Positions 41,166-56,825 of a stretch of 64,000 nucleotides of DNA are shown here, in pieces. The stretch is taken from the NCBI GenBank assembly GCA_951406725.2, contig OX597833.1:26040001-26104000 (forward strand), written 5' to 3'. Each line of letters begins with the position of its first letter. Position 1 is the first letter of the stretch. The notes beneath the pieces are model-generated. The model did not search any database. It was not told the origin of the DNA and worked only from the letters and a program-made list of their open reading frames with translations. Origin of the DNA: Octopus vulgaris (taxonomy: Eukaryota). The translations under genes and the position numbers were made by a program.

Positions 41166-42445
41166 CAGTTATAAATAACGAGAGAAATATAATATGATAA
41201 GATTTATTTAACCATTGAAATAACGAGAATATATATAGGAATGCAGGCCCTGTTCTGCAACTCGAAGTAATGGACTTATCAAAACCACCTTTGACCACGT
41301 ACGTGCTTGGTCATTTACTCACCTAGCGATAAACATAGTTTCAATGTTTTATTAGAAGAACTACGAGAAGCGCTGTATTCTCTTTGCAACTCTAACCCTA
41401 AAACTAGGCATACAACATTGCCACTGACAATTCTACAGCTGTGACACAATTACAATAGTACCCGCCACCAGAACAACAACAGTAGCAGCGACAACATCAG
41501 TTGCAGAATTATTGTGAGACCGCTCATGTTTCTGTTGTTGGTATTCCTATATTTTAATATATAGTTTTCGCCATCTTTTCATAGTCGACATCTGAAATAT
41601 ACCGTCCAGTCAAAATACTAATAGGCAGACACAGTCGACAGTTCAAACATGCTAACAATAACCGACATATAATATCCTATGCTTTCACATAAAGTATATT
41701 TAGAATCGCCAACGAAAACACGAAACGAATAAAGACACACTACACACAAGTATTAATTTCTCTATTTAGTTCATTCATTCATTGTCTCTTATTCTGCATT
41801 TCTTTTCAAATGATTTTGCTCTTGCATTCATAAATTTCCCCACTGCACATACTGGAAATCTAGAACATAGCAGTGTCACACATTTATCCATCAACGGCTA
41901 ACTTTATACCTTTTTATTTCCTAGAGGATGTAAAAGCCGACCAAAATGCAATAAAATGAAAAGATGTTAACAAAGAACATGGCATTAAAGAAAAACAACA
42001 GTAAATAAAAAATATATACAAAATATATGGAAAAGAAGCAAGTTGCTTGGTTCACATTGAATAGATCTTCAACTATAAGTATGCGTGCGCCTGTGTGCGT
42101 TTGCAAGGGAATGATTACAGTTAATAAGAGATACTTCTACTTCATTTAAATTTGGTTGCTGTGTACACACACACTCGCTTTATTTATATGTGTGCCGGTT
42201 TGTATTTATATGAATGATTTTACTTACAATATATGGACCACTGCCATATTGAGGCCTTGCCGTCAAGATTTCTGACTATCATACAAACCAAGTACATATT
42301 TCATTCTGACAACTCTTTATAAGTTTCTGTTTGCAAAACTGGTAAGTTGGGTAATATAGGTAACAAAACGCTTGTATACACACACACATACACCACCTAA
42401 CATGCACATATAGAGAGAATTAGATAGATTAACAGTTAGAAATGA

Positions 42446-43007
<562 letters not shown>

Positions 43008-43016
43008 TACATATAT

Positions 43017-43065
<49 letters not shown>

Positions 43066-43929
43066 CACTAAATATGTGGGAAATTTTGTCATGGATGTGT
43101 TTGTGGAGTTGTTAGCTACCTTCTCCTACATCATTTTATCGATTTTGATGAATCTTGACACGTCACTATACCTCATGTATGGAAACGTCATGGTATACAC
43201 ATATTGTTGAAAAAATTCGATAATAGGCCCCTGGAAGGGATCCTTATATATATCTAATATATTTCACTTTAACAACCAAGGCAAATAACCCATTCTCCAA
43301 TATTTTAATCGCCTAAGGAAATAGCCCATTCATTTTCTTAAATCATTTCGTATAAAGCAAATTGAGTATGCTTATTTCTAAGTATTTGAACTGAGTTATT
43401 TTCGCAATTTATCCAGTAAACAATAGACCTACTAATGTCGATTAGAGACTTATTCACAAATATACCAAAACTTGCACCCCTGAATGTAATATTCTCTGGG
43501 AATGCACAAAAGCCCTTTTCAGAATTATTTACTTTCAATTGTTATTATCACATATCCGATTATCCTATTATTGCGTAACATGTTTCACGATTTTAGTATA
43601 CATAACTTATTAGTATTTCCTCCTATGTTCTATATACTCTGGGAACGCATTAAAGCCCTTTTCGGGAATACTTTATTTGAATTCTTACTATCGGGTAACT
43701 AATTACATGTTATTACATAAATTACTTCACAATTTGGGTATCCATAACTCATTGGGAATTCCTAAAAACAAGATCCTGTGTAAGACAGTTCGGGATTCTC
43801 TGTAAATGCACAAAAACTGTTTTAAGGGTTTCGTTACTGTATATTGCTGTTATTGGATTAGCGAAACAATTATCAGAACGGAACCAAGGAGTAATCCCGG
43901 CCTTCCCGGGAATTACTTGGTACGTCAGC

Positions 43930-43933
43930 TAGC

Positions 43934-44010
<77 letters not shown>

Positions 44011-44041
44011 GATACATATAGATAGATAGATAGATAGATAG

Positions 44042-44076
<35 letters not shown>

Positions 44077-44326
44077 TATATATACACATGAATATGTATA
44101 CATATAAGTGTGAGAGTATTTAGAAAAAATATTTTCATTTATAAATATACATGTATACATACATACATACATATATATGTATATATATATATATAAATAT
44201 ATGTATATGTGTGTGTATGTGTGTGCATGTATATGCATGTGTATGTGTGCGTATGTATATATATGTGCGAGTGTGTATACATATATGTATGTGTATGTAT
44301 GTGTGTATATATATATATGTATATAC

Positions 44327-44363
<37 letters not shown>

Positions 44364-44406
44364 GGTTTGTATGTGTATGTATGTATGTATATATATGTGT
44401 ATATGG

Positions 44407-44448
<42 letters not shown>

Positions 44449-44459
44449 ATGTATATATA

Positions 44460-44490
<31 letters not shown>

Positions 44491-44803
44491 GGATATGCGA
44501 GCGTGTGTGTATGGGGGTGTATATCCCCTCTTATTTATATTTATATATTTATATATATATGTGTGTAGACATATATAAGTGTGTGCATGTATGAGTATGG
44601 GTATGGGCGTGTACGTAGATACATGTATATGGGTACATATGTACATGTGTATATAGGTGTATGTGTGTATGTGTACGTATGTGTATGTGTATATATGTCT
44701 ATGTATGCATATATATGTGTGTCTATGTATGTATATGTACACATATGTGTATATGTGTGTGTATATGGACTTGTGTGTGCATATATGTATGCATATGTGT
44801 GTG

Positions 44804-44834
<31 letters not shown>

Positions 44835-44915
44835 GTATATGTGTATGTGTATGTATATATATATATATGTATGAGCATGTGGGTGTATATATGTATATAT
44901 ATATGTATGTGTATA
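43930..44915. repeat. Compound (TA)n/(TG)n/(TATG)n microsatellite block
   Basis: Read directly; source of the 289-aa low-complexity ORF. Confidence 0.97.
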
Positions 44916-44917
44916 AG

Positions 44918-45272
44918 TGAGAGTCTCCTTATTTACCTAAAACTCTATTTTTCTATTTATTTTTTTCTATTTATTCTTTTATTCTTTTATTTATTCTTTT
45001 ATCTACTTTACCACCGACTCCTTTGACCACTCCCCTAATAATGATAGTTTTGTGCCATGCCTACCCCCAAAAAAGTCCCCCACCACCACCCCTTTAAACC
45101 TGCCTAAATGTATAAATGCCAAAACAACTCTTGTCAACTAGCTTCCTGATGATTTCTTTTGAATGAAACAGTTGTAGTCCTGTAGAAGCTCCTTCTATAT
45201 AATAAATTAATTTACTCTGCTATGTATTGAGTACCTTATTTACTGTGGTTAACCCCGACTCAACCCGGGACC

Positions 45273-45275
<3 letters not shown>
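44918..45275 (+). mobile_element. Short Penelope-like pLTR-type element with HHR motif and AATAAA
   Basis: Bounded by TA/TG repeats; HHR motif at 45140-45190, AATAAA at 45201-45206. Confidence 0.55.
45140..45190 (+). ncRNA. Type I hammerhead ribozyme motif
   Basis: AGCTTC-CTGATGA-TTTC[TTTT]GAAT-GAA-ACAG[TTGTAGTC]CTGT-A-GAAGCT: 6-bp stem I, 4-bp stem III, GUA site; stem II weak with a U-U first pair. Confidence 0.62.
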
Positions 45276-45331
<56 letters not shown>

Positions 45332-45913
45332 ATGTATATATAGTCATATGTTTATGCTTTCTTACTCCATTCATCGCTCATTCTAATAAGGCCAATTGCC
45401 GTCGTTTACTACGCTAGCAATGCTTGATATAAACATCATCTTCCCATTCCTTATCATTCTACATTTCCAGCTGTCACACACTCTCTCTTTGTCATTTGAC
45501 AACTCCCGTAGAAACTTTATATTGTGACAGAAAATTCACCTACAAAATATATGTATATATCAGTGTGTATGTGCATGTGTATGTATACTTGTGTATGTGC
45601 GCATCTGAGTGTAGATCTGTATGCGGCAATAACTTTCTAGACCTAAATACCATAGCACAAATACAAAATTTACCCATAAGTTATAAGCTGTTTCTATAAT
45701 ATGTCACTGAAACAGACACACAGATCCAATTTATGATATGTTCAGACATTTGCAAAGGAGCAAACAACCATGTACAACAGATTACAGCAAGCAGTAATAT
45801 ATACATGTACTTGTGAATATATGAGTCGTATTAGTGTGTACATACACACACACACACACACACACACCAACACGCACACAAACATACACAAATATACATA
45901 CACACACACATGA

Positions 45914-46121
45914 GAAGGCGCGTGACTCGGTTATTACAGCGTTGGGCTCCCAATCCTGAGCTCGATGCCCCAACCGGGCTGTGTGTTGTGTTTTTGAGTA
46001 AGACACAATGAAAGGATGAAAGGCAAAGTCGACCTCGGCGGCATTTGAACTCAGAACGTAGCGGCAGACGAAATACAGCTAAGCATTTTACCCGGCGTGC
46101 TAAAATTTCTGTGAGTTCACC
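45914..46121. mobile_element. Two abutting SINE heads: family-2-like (+, 45914-46006) and family 3 (-, 46010-46121)
   Basis: Similarity to the 20242 and 20036 copies respectively. Confidence 0.7.
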
Positions 46122-46169
46122 ACAATAATAACAATAATAATAATAATAATAATAATAAATAATAATAAG

Positions 46170-46689
46170 GCTTCTGATCTTAACTGATTGGAAGTGTTAT
46201 CATGTACATTGTTTTGTCTTGGTATAAAAGATGGGCTACAGCAAATATTCTGCTCAATACCACAGATTTGCTTGTCAGTTGTTTGACCTTAACCAGTTGA
46301 GCATGTCCCTTAGTGGCTGACGATATGTGCCTCTCTGATCACGAGCAGAAGTAGTGGGGAGCATCATAGCCATGTGTTGAGAGAGATTCTTTGGGGTTTG
46401 AATAATTCACCTCTGGAAACATGGGTGGTTCTTTCAACATCCTTAAACAACCCTTATTCAGGGACCGCTTGAGCGGGATGGGCTACTCAACCTGAAGAAA
46501 ATTCTAACTGGGCCCCACCTGCAAGGTCATGTGCTGTTTATCTTGATATGAGATCACCATGTCGCGCACATATGGTTGTGATGCATGTGCCTGGTGTACC
46601 CTTATCAGACGGGTAGTCATGATGGGTATATTGGGCTTCGTATATTTTACCCCAGTGTCACTTTGATGGCATTCACTGCTATCTCACTC

Positions 46690-46690
<1 letters not shown>
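46170..46690. mobile_element. ~520-bp interspersed repeat between (AAT)n tracts, copy 1
   Basis: Collinear diverged copy at 54075-54630; both end in (AAT)n. Confidence 0.85.
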
Positions 46691-46724
<34 letters not shown>

Positions 46725-47082
46725 GAGTGAGAATCGTTTCAAATTTTGGCGAAAAGTCAGCAATTTTGAGCGAAGCTGTAGTCGCTTGCATTGAGTCCAT
46801 CGCTAGATTGCCTGGAGTATTTGTCATAGTAATTGTGGTTTACATTAAATAGGAATTCAACTGATTTACTGAAAGCAATTTCCCTTTTAAGTAGATAATA
46901 TTAAAATAAATGAGAGAAGCAACACTAGCAAGTTGCCAAATGTAAAAGGAGCAAAACCACAGCAAGATCAACGACAACAGTGAGAATAATAACAAAAACA
47001 ATAATAATGATAATACAGAACAAAAAAAATTAAAGTTTATTGTGTTTTCGGTGGGGGGTAACGAAGATGTTGATGAATAACG

Positions 47083-47112
47083 ATGATGATGATGGTGATG
47101 ATGATGATGATA

Positions 47113-47165
<53 letters not shown>
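47083..47165. repeat. (GAT)n microsatellite
   Basis: Read directly; source of the poly-H/S ORFs. Confidence 0.97.
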
Positions 47166-47166
<1 letters not shown>

Positions 47167-47748
47167 ATGATTTGTGGCGATCTTGATTACGATCATGTTG
47201 ACAATATAAATTTGAAGCAAATGTAAATGAGAGAAAATACTGACGGGACAGAACGAGGGTGAGAGAGAGAGAGAGCGGTGGGGAGAGAGAGAGAGAGAGA
47301 TAATTGATAACCAGAAAGAGAGAGATAAGAGAGAGAGAAAGAAAGAGAGTCAATATATACATATGCGTGAGCGTGCATATGATATGTGTGTATGTGTGTA
47401 TGTGTGTAGTGTGGTGTGGTGTGTGTGTGTGCACACGCGCGTGTGTCTATGATGTTATGGAAGGAGAAGATAATTGGTTTTGTCTCTCTAGAAGCTTGAG
47501 ACACAAACAATTTTCAAAATTAATTTTCTATTTTTCTCCGTTTTGTTTTAAAAAGATATTTCAATTTTTTAAAATGACTTGTAACGAATAATGCTATTAT
47601 AGTATTATTAATGAATATTGAAAATGAAAATGGCGGACACGAAATTATTCATATTTATTTAATAATTCTCATTCACTCTCAATCTTTATTCATATACACA
47701 CATATATAAATATGTATGTATATTTCTCTCTCTCCCTCCTCTCTCTCT

Positions 47749-47812
<64 letters not shown>

Positions 47813-48237
47813 ATATATTTATATCTATATTTATATATGTATACATATAGGTGTGTGTATGTGTATGACAGGGAGAGATAGAAGAGTGTGTGCGTGAATA
47901 TTTTTTTCTTTCTATAATGATTATAATAATTATACGATTTGACAGGCAGCGGATATAATTTTGAGCGTAGTATAATGACTCTTGCAGAACACGCACACAT
48001 GCGCACAGGTACGCACACACACACACATACATACACTCTGCCCATACGAACATACACACAAAACACTGACATACACGTGTCTAAGTGTGTATGAGCGTTG
48101 GTACAATTGAAGAACGGTGCGTGGTACAGTGGTGGAAATGCATGTGTATGAATTACATATGAATATGATTATATGATTTCATATTCTAACGCTTTTGTGT
48201 CACTATTTTCCCGCTCGAACGAAATATATATATATAC

Positions 48238-48280
<43 letters not shown>

Positions 48281-48481
48281 AACGCACTCTCCAATTTATA
48301 GATACATAAATATATATATATATATTTATGCATATATATACACACACACATATATATATGTATATGAATACCCATACATATATATGCATATATACGATGG
48401 GCTTCTTTAAGTTTCCGTCTACCAAATCCACTCACAAATCTTCGGTCGGTCCGAAGGTATAGTAGTGGTACTTCACCAGAA

Positions 48482-48536
<55 letters not shown>

Positions 48537-48635
48537 AACACAAATGTGTATGTGTGAGTGTGGTTATATGTATCAGTCTTTCTTTTCTGTAGATAAGCAA
48601 ATAGAATGAAAGACTTACGAGTTTGACCTGAGAAA

Positions 48636-48668
<33 letters not shown>

Positions 48669-49100
48669 TAAAAAGGTATCATATACTAGTAGAGGAGGCG
48701 AATAAGAATAGCAAATGTGAATGTTGTGCAAATTCATTAGTGATAAAAGTATCGGCTTTGATTTAGGAATAAAAATACTTACAAGTATTACAATACTTAC
48801 AAGAATTACAAAATTGTACGTGGTACAATAGACTTGTAAGGAATTTTCTATTAGCAATTCTTCACATGTGAAACTCCGTAACTCCCCATTGACTAATGAA
48901 GCTCGTTTAATTGTGAATAAATAATACTAAGAAATTTCCGGTTTACTGTTTTGTTATACATAACTCTGCAAATAATATCTCCATAATTCTCAATTATAAT
49001 TTCTATTTTGACTAATTTAGACTACATTTTGGATTGTAATAATGGAATAAGCAGATGTGCTTCAAGAAGAAACAGCAGGGATTTGCCAAGCACACACACA

Positions 49101-49285
<185 letters not shown>

Positions 49286-50751
49286 AATTTATACATTACC
49301 AATATATTTCTATAGTATGCTGACTCCCTGATAAAAGTCATTCACGTGATTCTATCTTTTATATATATATATATATCTTCAAAGGTTTTTCATATAAGAG
49401 TGACAGAGGTAGTTGAGCTTAACTGTTGGCGTCAAGAACCGTTCATGAGGATTAAGATGATCTACATCAATGTGCGAAATCGCGATCCGGCTATGCACGC
49501 TGGGGACTTACCAGTCTTTGCTTAGTCACTTGAGACAGTGCGTTTGGGAATTTAAGTTAATTTAACTCATATCTTTAGCAAAAGCGGTGCTAGGCAGTAC
49601 CCTCTGTCACGTTTGTGACCTCTATTAATGTTGCCTTTAAGTTCTAATTGCTAATAAGCCACCCTTTACTCGACATATTTGAACAGGTGATGCATGCCCG
49701 TCATGTAACATACAGCAGCCTTAAAAGTCAGTTCCTACTAATAAGGGGGAGACTCATTTTGAGATAAAATTTGATAGGTAATATATATCGGTAAAAATGA
49801 GAGACTGAACTAGCAGGGATTGTTACAAAGGAAACAATAACAACAATTATTACATCAACTATAAAAAGCAAAAATGAAAACAAAATCTACAATGACAGCA
49901 ATATAAGTTTAGTTGTTTTGCCATAACGTTCCGACAAAAGTGGTTGATTAGAGTATGTGCTAGACTTCTAAGCCCTAAGCCCTATGAGGGGAAAAAAGTC
50001 AAATGTTAAAAGAATGGGAGAATTCAGTAAAGTTAAATTTACATCACATCATGGAATAACACTCTTTTGTTTTCAACCACATACTTAAACACGTGTCAAA
50101 ACGACAGCGCTGTGCAAGATATTAGAGAAGAATGAATGTCAACGTAATAATAGTTCAGGTAGAATAGCCGCGAGCGCGCTCGCTGAACGCATAGGTCTGG
50201 CTAAAAAGAACGGGAGCTTGATTGTTTTCATTGAATGTCCAGCTAATTACTGGACAGAGAAAGAAAAGGTCAAGTTGTTTGTTATTTGTTAAAATCAGAA
50301 AGTGTACACAATACTTGGCAATCAAATCACACACAGACGCAAATAACAAAACACACCTCACATACAAACACTATATGTCTCTCTCTCTCTCTCTCTCTCT
50401 GTATATATATATATATATATACACATTCAAACAAGCATATATATATATATACATACAAGTATGTACATACTTACATACATACATGCACTCATGCACACAT
50501 GTAAAGCTAGTAAACCTTAACGATCAAAGTATAATTCTTACAGAAAAGAAAATTAAAGGACAAAAATATGGAACAGTTAAATGTACCTTCTGAAACTAAC
50601 TTTTTGTAGCCTCCATAATATGGAAGCTCGTATGTATGGTTCGGGATATTTTAAAATGAGACAATTATGAAATGTCCTCACATTGCGATAGTTTCTTGAA
50701 TTCGAACGAATAATACACATACGCGTATACCTAAACATAACTCATACGTAC

Positions 50752-50789
<38 letters not shown>

Positions 50790-50790
50790 A

Positions 50791-50825
<35 letters not shown>

Positions 50826-51248
50826 ATATATATATATATGTATGTATGTATGTGTGTATGTATGTATGTATGTATGTATGTATGTATGTATTTATGTGTG
50901 TGTGTGGGCTGTGTATATTTGAATGTGAACCTCTAGCTTCGACTTCCGACTACCATATCCATACACAAGGCTTTCGTTAGTCCGTGGCTATTACAGAAGA
51001 CTCTTGCTCAAGGTGCCAAGAATCCACGCAGAGGAACTGAATCCGAGAACATGTGCTGGGAAGCAGTCCCCGTAGAGCAAATCCATACCCTATACACACA
51101 CGTAGAGAGAGTGAGAGACAGAAATGTATGTATGTGTGTATATATATATATGTATACATCTATTTATCTATATACATGTGTGTGTGTGTGTGCGTGCGCG
51201 CGTGTGTCTGTGTGTGTGTGTGTACATACATGTGTACATACATACATA

Positions 51249-52330
51249 AAACGAAAACCAGGTAGCAGAGGCTTAACATCGATCCAAAATGCCTTTGAAT
51301 GTCGCATCATAACCCTTCGGCAACATCTTTTAACCACTAAGTGTCGAAGTGCATCCTTTGAAGTTTGCACACATGAGTTTGATAACGCCATAAGACTTGA
51401 AAGGCAGTACCTTGAGCAACACTCTTTGTCTGATAACCTAGAATATGTGCCCAAAGAAGTCGCACAACTCTACCGCATCGTACCATCAAATGAAGGAATG
51501 ATACGAGCAGAAGACTACACATGAATATGTTAGTAGAAAGCTCCGTGATGATGGTAACATCGAGCATCAAAGCAGTTTATCATGGACCAATAGCCAGATT
51601 ACTACCTCTCATTCTGAATGGTATGCGTTTGCAATCCAGGAAAAGGAAATATCAATGAAGTTCCTGATGCACAAAAGAGATAGGAAAAGCAGTAAAATGT
51701 GACAATCGATGCAGACTTTGTGCAGATGATACTGAAGATATCACTCACATCATAAGCTGTTGTCCAAAAATCTGCTGCTATTATATCCAGATTACAAGTT
51801 CAGGCTTATACCTTTAAGTATTGTGGCCTTGAGATACGTAACACACTGCCGAAATACCAATCTTGAGAAACTAGGCTTCTCAAAACCAGGAAGAAGAAAG
51901 TTAATTCGAAGACTACGGATCCCATCCCTCAATGGAACTGTAAAAATCTGAAGACCTTTCCAGGAGTTTATCATTTAAATATATAAGTGCATGTCTAGAT
52001 ATGCAACTATATGAATGAGGATATATATATAAAACATACAAATCTGCACGTACATACATGCATACATACATGCATACATACATACATTCATACTTACATG
52101 CATATATACATACATACATACATACATACATACATACATACATACATACATACATACATACATACATACATACATACATACATACATACATACATGCATG
52201 CATATATACATACATATATACATACAATAATATTCTCTTGTTGATGTTGAAATTGCAATGAAGGAGCCTTCTATTTAGGTTAGAAACCACTTCTTTGTCA
52301 ATTGGCAAGAATTTTATCTAAATTATTCCT
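51249..52330 (+). mobile_element. R4/Dong-like non-LTR retrotransposon 3' fragment (post-RT region, CCHC knuckle, C-terminus, 3' UTR)
   Basis: KRKPGSRGLTSIQ (51249), YAFAIQEKEI, CRLCADDTEDITHIISCCPK (51710-51769), LIRRL...GTVKI; frameshifted and internally deleted. Confidence 0.8.
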
Positions 52331-52900
52331 AATTTTAGATATGTATAAACTTGATATGTATGTACTTGACCAACGATGAACGAAGATGGATCATCAAACA
52401 ATACTGGAAAAAGAGAATGCAAAAATGGCTTGAAAGAAATGGACTGAAGATGTTGAAAGACCAGCTCCGTTAAGATTAACAGTGAATAGAATACATGAAT
52501 ATTTTGAGCTGACTGGGTCCATCTGCAATGCACAGAAAATTAGTCGGACAGTCAGTGTTACCACTAAAGGAAATGAAATGCTTGTGGCTCAAGTATTCAC
52601 TCAAAGTTCTAAGAAATAAAAACAAAAAGTGGGTTTTCACTGAACTGGGCAACTCATGCAAACCCCTTAATCGACTAATGAATCGCTTAGATTAAAAACT
52701 AAATAGAGAAATGAAAGTGGATTTCACACATACGACATACACACACACACACTCTCTCTCTCTCTCTCCATACACACACACACATATGTAGAGAGAGGGG
52801 GACAGAGATAGAAAGAGAGAGAGTGTGAGGCATTGTACATTCAAAGTGTGTTAAAGAATAGATATCGAATAAACGGAAACACACAAGTTCTAATCAGTAG

Positions 52901-53562
52901 AAAATACAGATTGGGAACATAGTTTCTATTTACCACTCATTACATGTTGACTGTGACGAATGCAAGTCGCATAATTTTGTAGGTGCCAATACGGCTCTTA
53001 GTTTCATGGAAGCCATCTGAACAGAAAGATAATGTAATCATCTTCAGCAGAAATGAGCACAACGTTCTATTAATAGGAATGTTGAACGAGTAATTATGTA
53101 TATACATATGTCCATACATATAGTTACATACACATACACACACATACACATTTATATATATATACACATACATACATACATTCATACATATGTACACATA
53201 TTCACATATGTATACACATATATTTGTGTAAATATATAGATTTATATAGTTATATATTAGGATATAAATATATATATATGTATATATAATACACAAACAC
53301 CCGCGTCTGTATGAGTGTGTGGGTGTCTGGGTGTATGTCTGTGCACGCATGTACACAGACATACATTAGTAGGATTGTTTAACAATCCTATTAATAGCAA
53401 TTTGTGTTCATTGCAGCTCAAGAATATTTCATTATCTTTATGTAAAGATGGCTTCCGCCAGAATAGAAGCCATATTGGTACCTACGAAGTTATGCAACAC
53501 GCATCTGTCACAGTTAACAGGTAATAACTGGTAAATAGAAGATATATTCAAACTCTGTATTT
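52901..53562. repeat. Diverged ~185-bp inverted repeat around a microsatellite spacer
   Basis: Arms ~52901-53088 and ~53376-53562; the two opposite-strand ORF translations align (FN.PIN..LCS...LS.C.DGF....S.IGTY..M..A.VTVN). Confidence 0.85.
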
Positions 53563-53789
53563 TGCACAGTATATAGCTGTTTCAGTTTATTCTAGATTTC
53601 ATCTTACATATTCTTTGGCGTATTAATGTGTATGAAGTGCCACTTCTGAGTGAAAAGCGATTCTACGAAAGAATGTTACTCAGCTTGATCGCCACAACAG
53701 CCTCAGAGTTCACCATTTCCCTCTTCTAGCAAGAGCAATAACAACAACAACAATAATAATAATAATGTTTTCAAATTATCTTTTACGTA

Positions 53790-53960
53790 AGGCCAGCAAG
53801 TTTGGGAAGGATAGTAATGTATTAAATCCACCCCAGTACTCAGTTGTTAATTATTTTACAGAACCCGGAAGTATGAAAAGCAGAGTAGTCCTCAGCGGAA
53901 TTTACGCTCAGAACGTAAAGACTTACGAAATATCGCGAAGCAATTTGTCCAGCTCACCCA
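53790..53960 (-). mobile_element. Degenerate SINE family 3
   Basis: ctcagcggaattt..gctcagaacgtaaagac..acgaaat matches 46010-46121. Confidence 0.6.
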
Positions 53961-54074
53961 CTAATAACAAAAGTAATAATGATAACAACAGCAACAACAA
54001 CATCAACATCACTAATAATAATAATCATAATAATAAAAATAACGATAATGATTAATAAAAATTATAATAACAAT

Positions 54075-54630
54075 TGATGCCCTGATGCAGTACCAGTTAG
54101 TGGTTCTTACTGCATTTGATGTTGTGATTGGAAGTGTTATGTACATTGTTTTGTCTTCATATAAAAGATTGGCTACAACAAATATTCTGCACAATACCAC
54201 ACATATGCTTTTCAGTTGTTTGACCATAATCAGTCGAACATATGCCTTGGTGGATGAGAATATGTGCAGCTCTGATCATGAGCAGAAGTAGTGGAGAGGG
54301 TGGCATCATAGCCATATGTTAAGAGTTCTTTGGGATTCCAATAATTCACCTCTGGAGGCGTGGGTGTTTTGTTCATCATCCTTAAAACAAACCTTATTTA
54401 GGAACTTTTTGAGTGCGATTGGCTACTCGACCTGAAAAAATTCTAATTGGGCCCCACCTGCAAGGTCATGCGTTGTTTATCTTGATATGAAATCACCATG
54501 TCGCGCACATATAGTTGTAATGCATAAGGCTGATATACCCTTATCAGACAGGTAGTCATGACGAGTATAATGGTCTTGATATATTTGTACTCATGTGTCA
54601 CTTTGATGGCATGCGCTCCTCGCTCACTCG
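54075..54630. mobile_element. ~520-bp interspersed repeat between (AAT)n tracts, copy 2
   Basis: Homologous to 46170-46690. Confidence 0.85.
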
Positions 54631-54696
54631 ATAATAATAATAACAATAACAATAACTACAACAACAATAATAATAATATTTTTAACCCTCTACATT

Positions 54697-55180
<484 letters not shown>

Positions 55181-56235
55181 AGCTACTTATAATAAAAAAA
55201 TATATTCATAATGATTTAAATGGAATTTTAGTACATAACTAGGTTATATTTCGTCAGCTCAAGAAGGGAAGTATATAACACCAAAGCCATGTAAAACCAA
55301 ATTCTCAAAGCTACAATATTTTCTCTTCTTAGGTCTAACGACTCTGATATCGATACCCATTTTAAGATTAAAAAACAAATTCTTTTCGATTTTGGCACAA
55401 TTTTGGGGGTAAAGTTTTGTCGATTGCATCAGCCCGAGTTCTTGATTTGAATTTATTTTATCGACCCCGGAAGAATAAAAGTCAAACTCGACTGCGGCAG
55501 AATTTTAATTTGGTCAGATGCTAATCATTATAATATAATGAGATTTTTCAACATAGACCCCAATATGTCATAAGAGTGAGAAACAAAGACTCGTTTATAT
55601 TAACTGCAACATTTCAACGGCGCAAAATATAAATAAATCGGCAAATAACAAGTAACTTATACTACAGTTCTCTCTGTTTGCTTCTTAGCGTTTCTCCTCC
55701 TCCTCTATTTACTCCATTACAATTATTACAACCATCAACAACACCACCATTGCCGATACCAGTACCATTATCGCCATCATCATTTCCTTCTCCTAATCCT
55801 TCTTTTTCTTCTACTAATTATGATGGTTATTTCGTTCGAGACTTACATTGATAGTTTTCAAGTTTATATCAATAAGTGTTAAGTGTGAACATTTCGCTCA
55901 TTATATGCTACTATGTTGAAGGTGGTGAAGCAAAAGTAAGAAGATTAAGGAGAAGAAGAAGAAGAAGAAGAAGAAGAAGAAGAAGAAGAAGAAGAAGAAG
56001 AAGAAGAAGAAGAAGAAGGGAGGGGAGGGGAAGCGGGTGGAGGAGGAGGAGGATAGGGGGAGGAGGGGAGGCGGAGGAGGAGGCTAGGAGATGAAGCAGA
56101 GGTGTTTCTCTTTCGCGAAATTCATTATCTGAGCCATTTTTACTTATGCGCCTTCGCTGAACACGTTATACTGTAATTGCGAAAGATAATTAGAGAGAAA
56201 TAAAAAGTAGGAAGAAATAAAAACAGAAAAGTTTT

Positions 56236-56307
<72 letters not shown>

Positions 56308-56370
56308 ACAAAATAATAAATAAAACATATGCATGTATACATACATATATGTACGTACCTACATCTATAC

Positions 56371-56825
<455 letters not shown>

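Noticed and set aside
43873-45026. Longest ORF (289 aa) and overlapping Y/I/H/T/C/V-rich ORFs
   Set aside because: Stop-free dinucleotide repeats; the same applies to most ORFs in the track.
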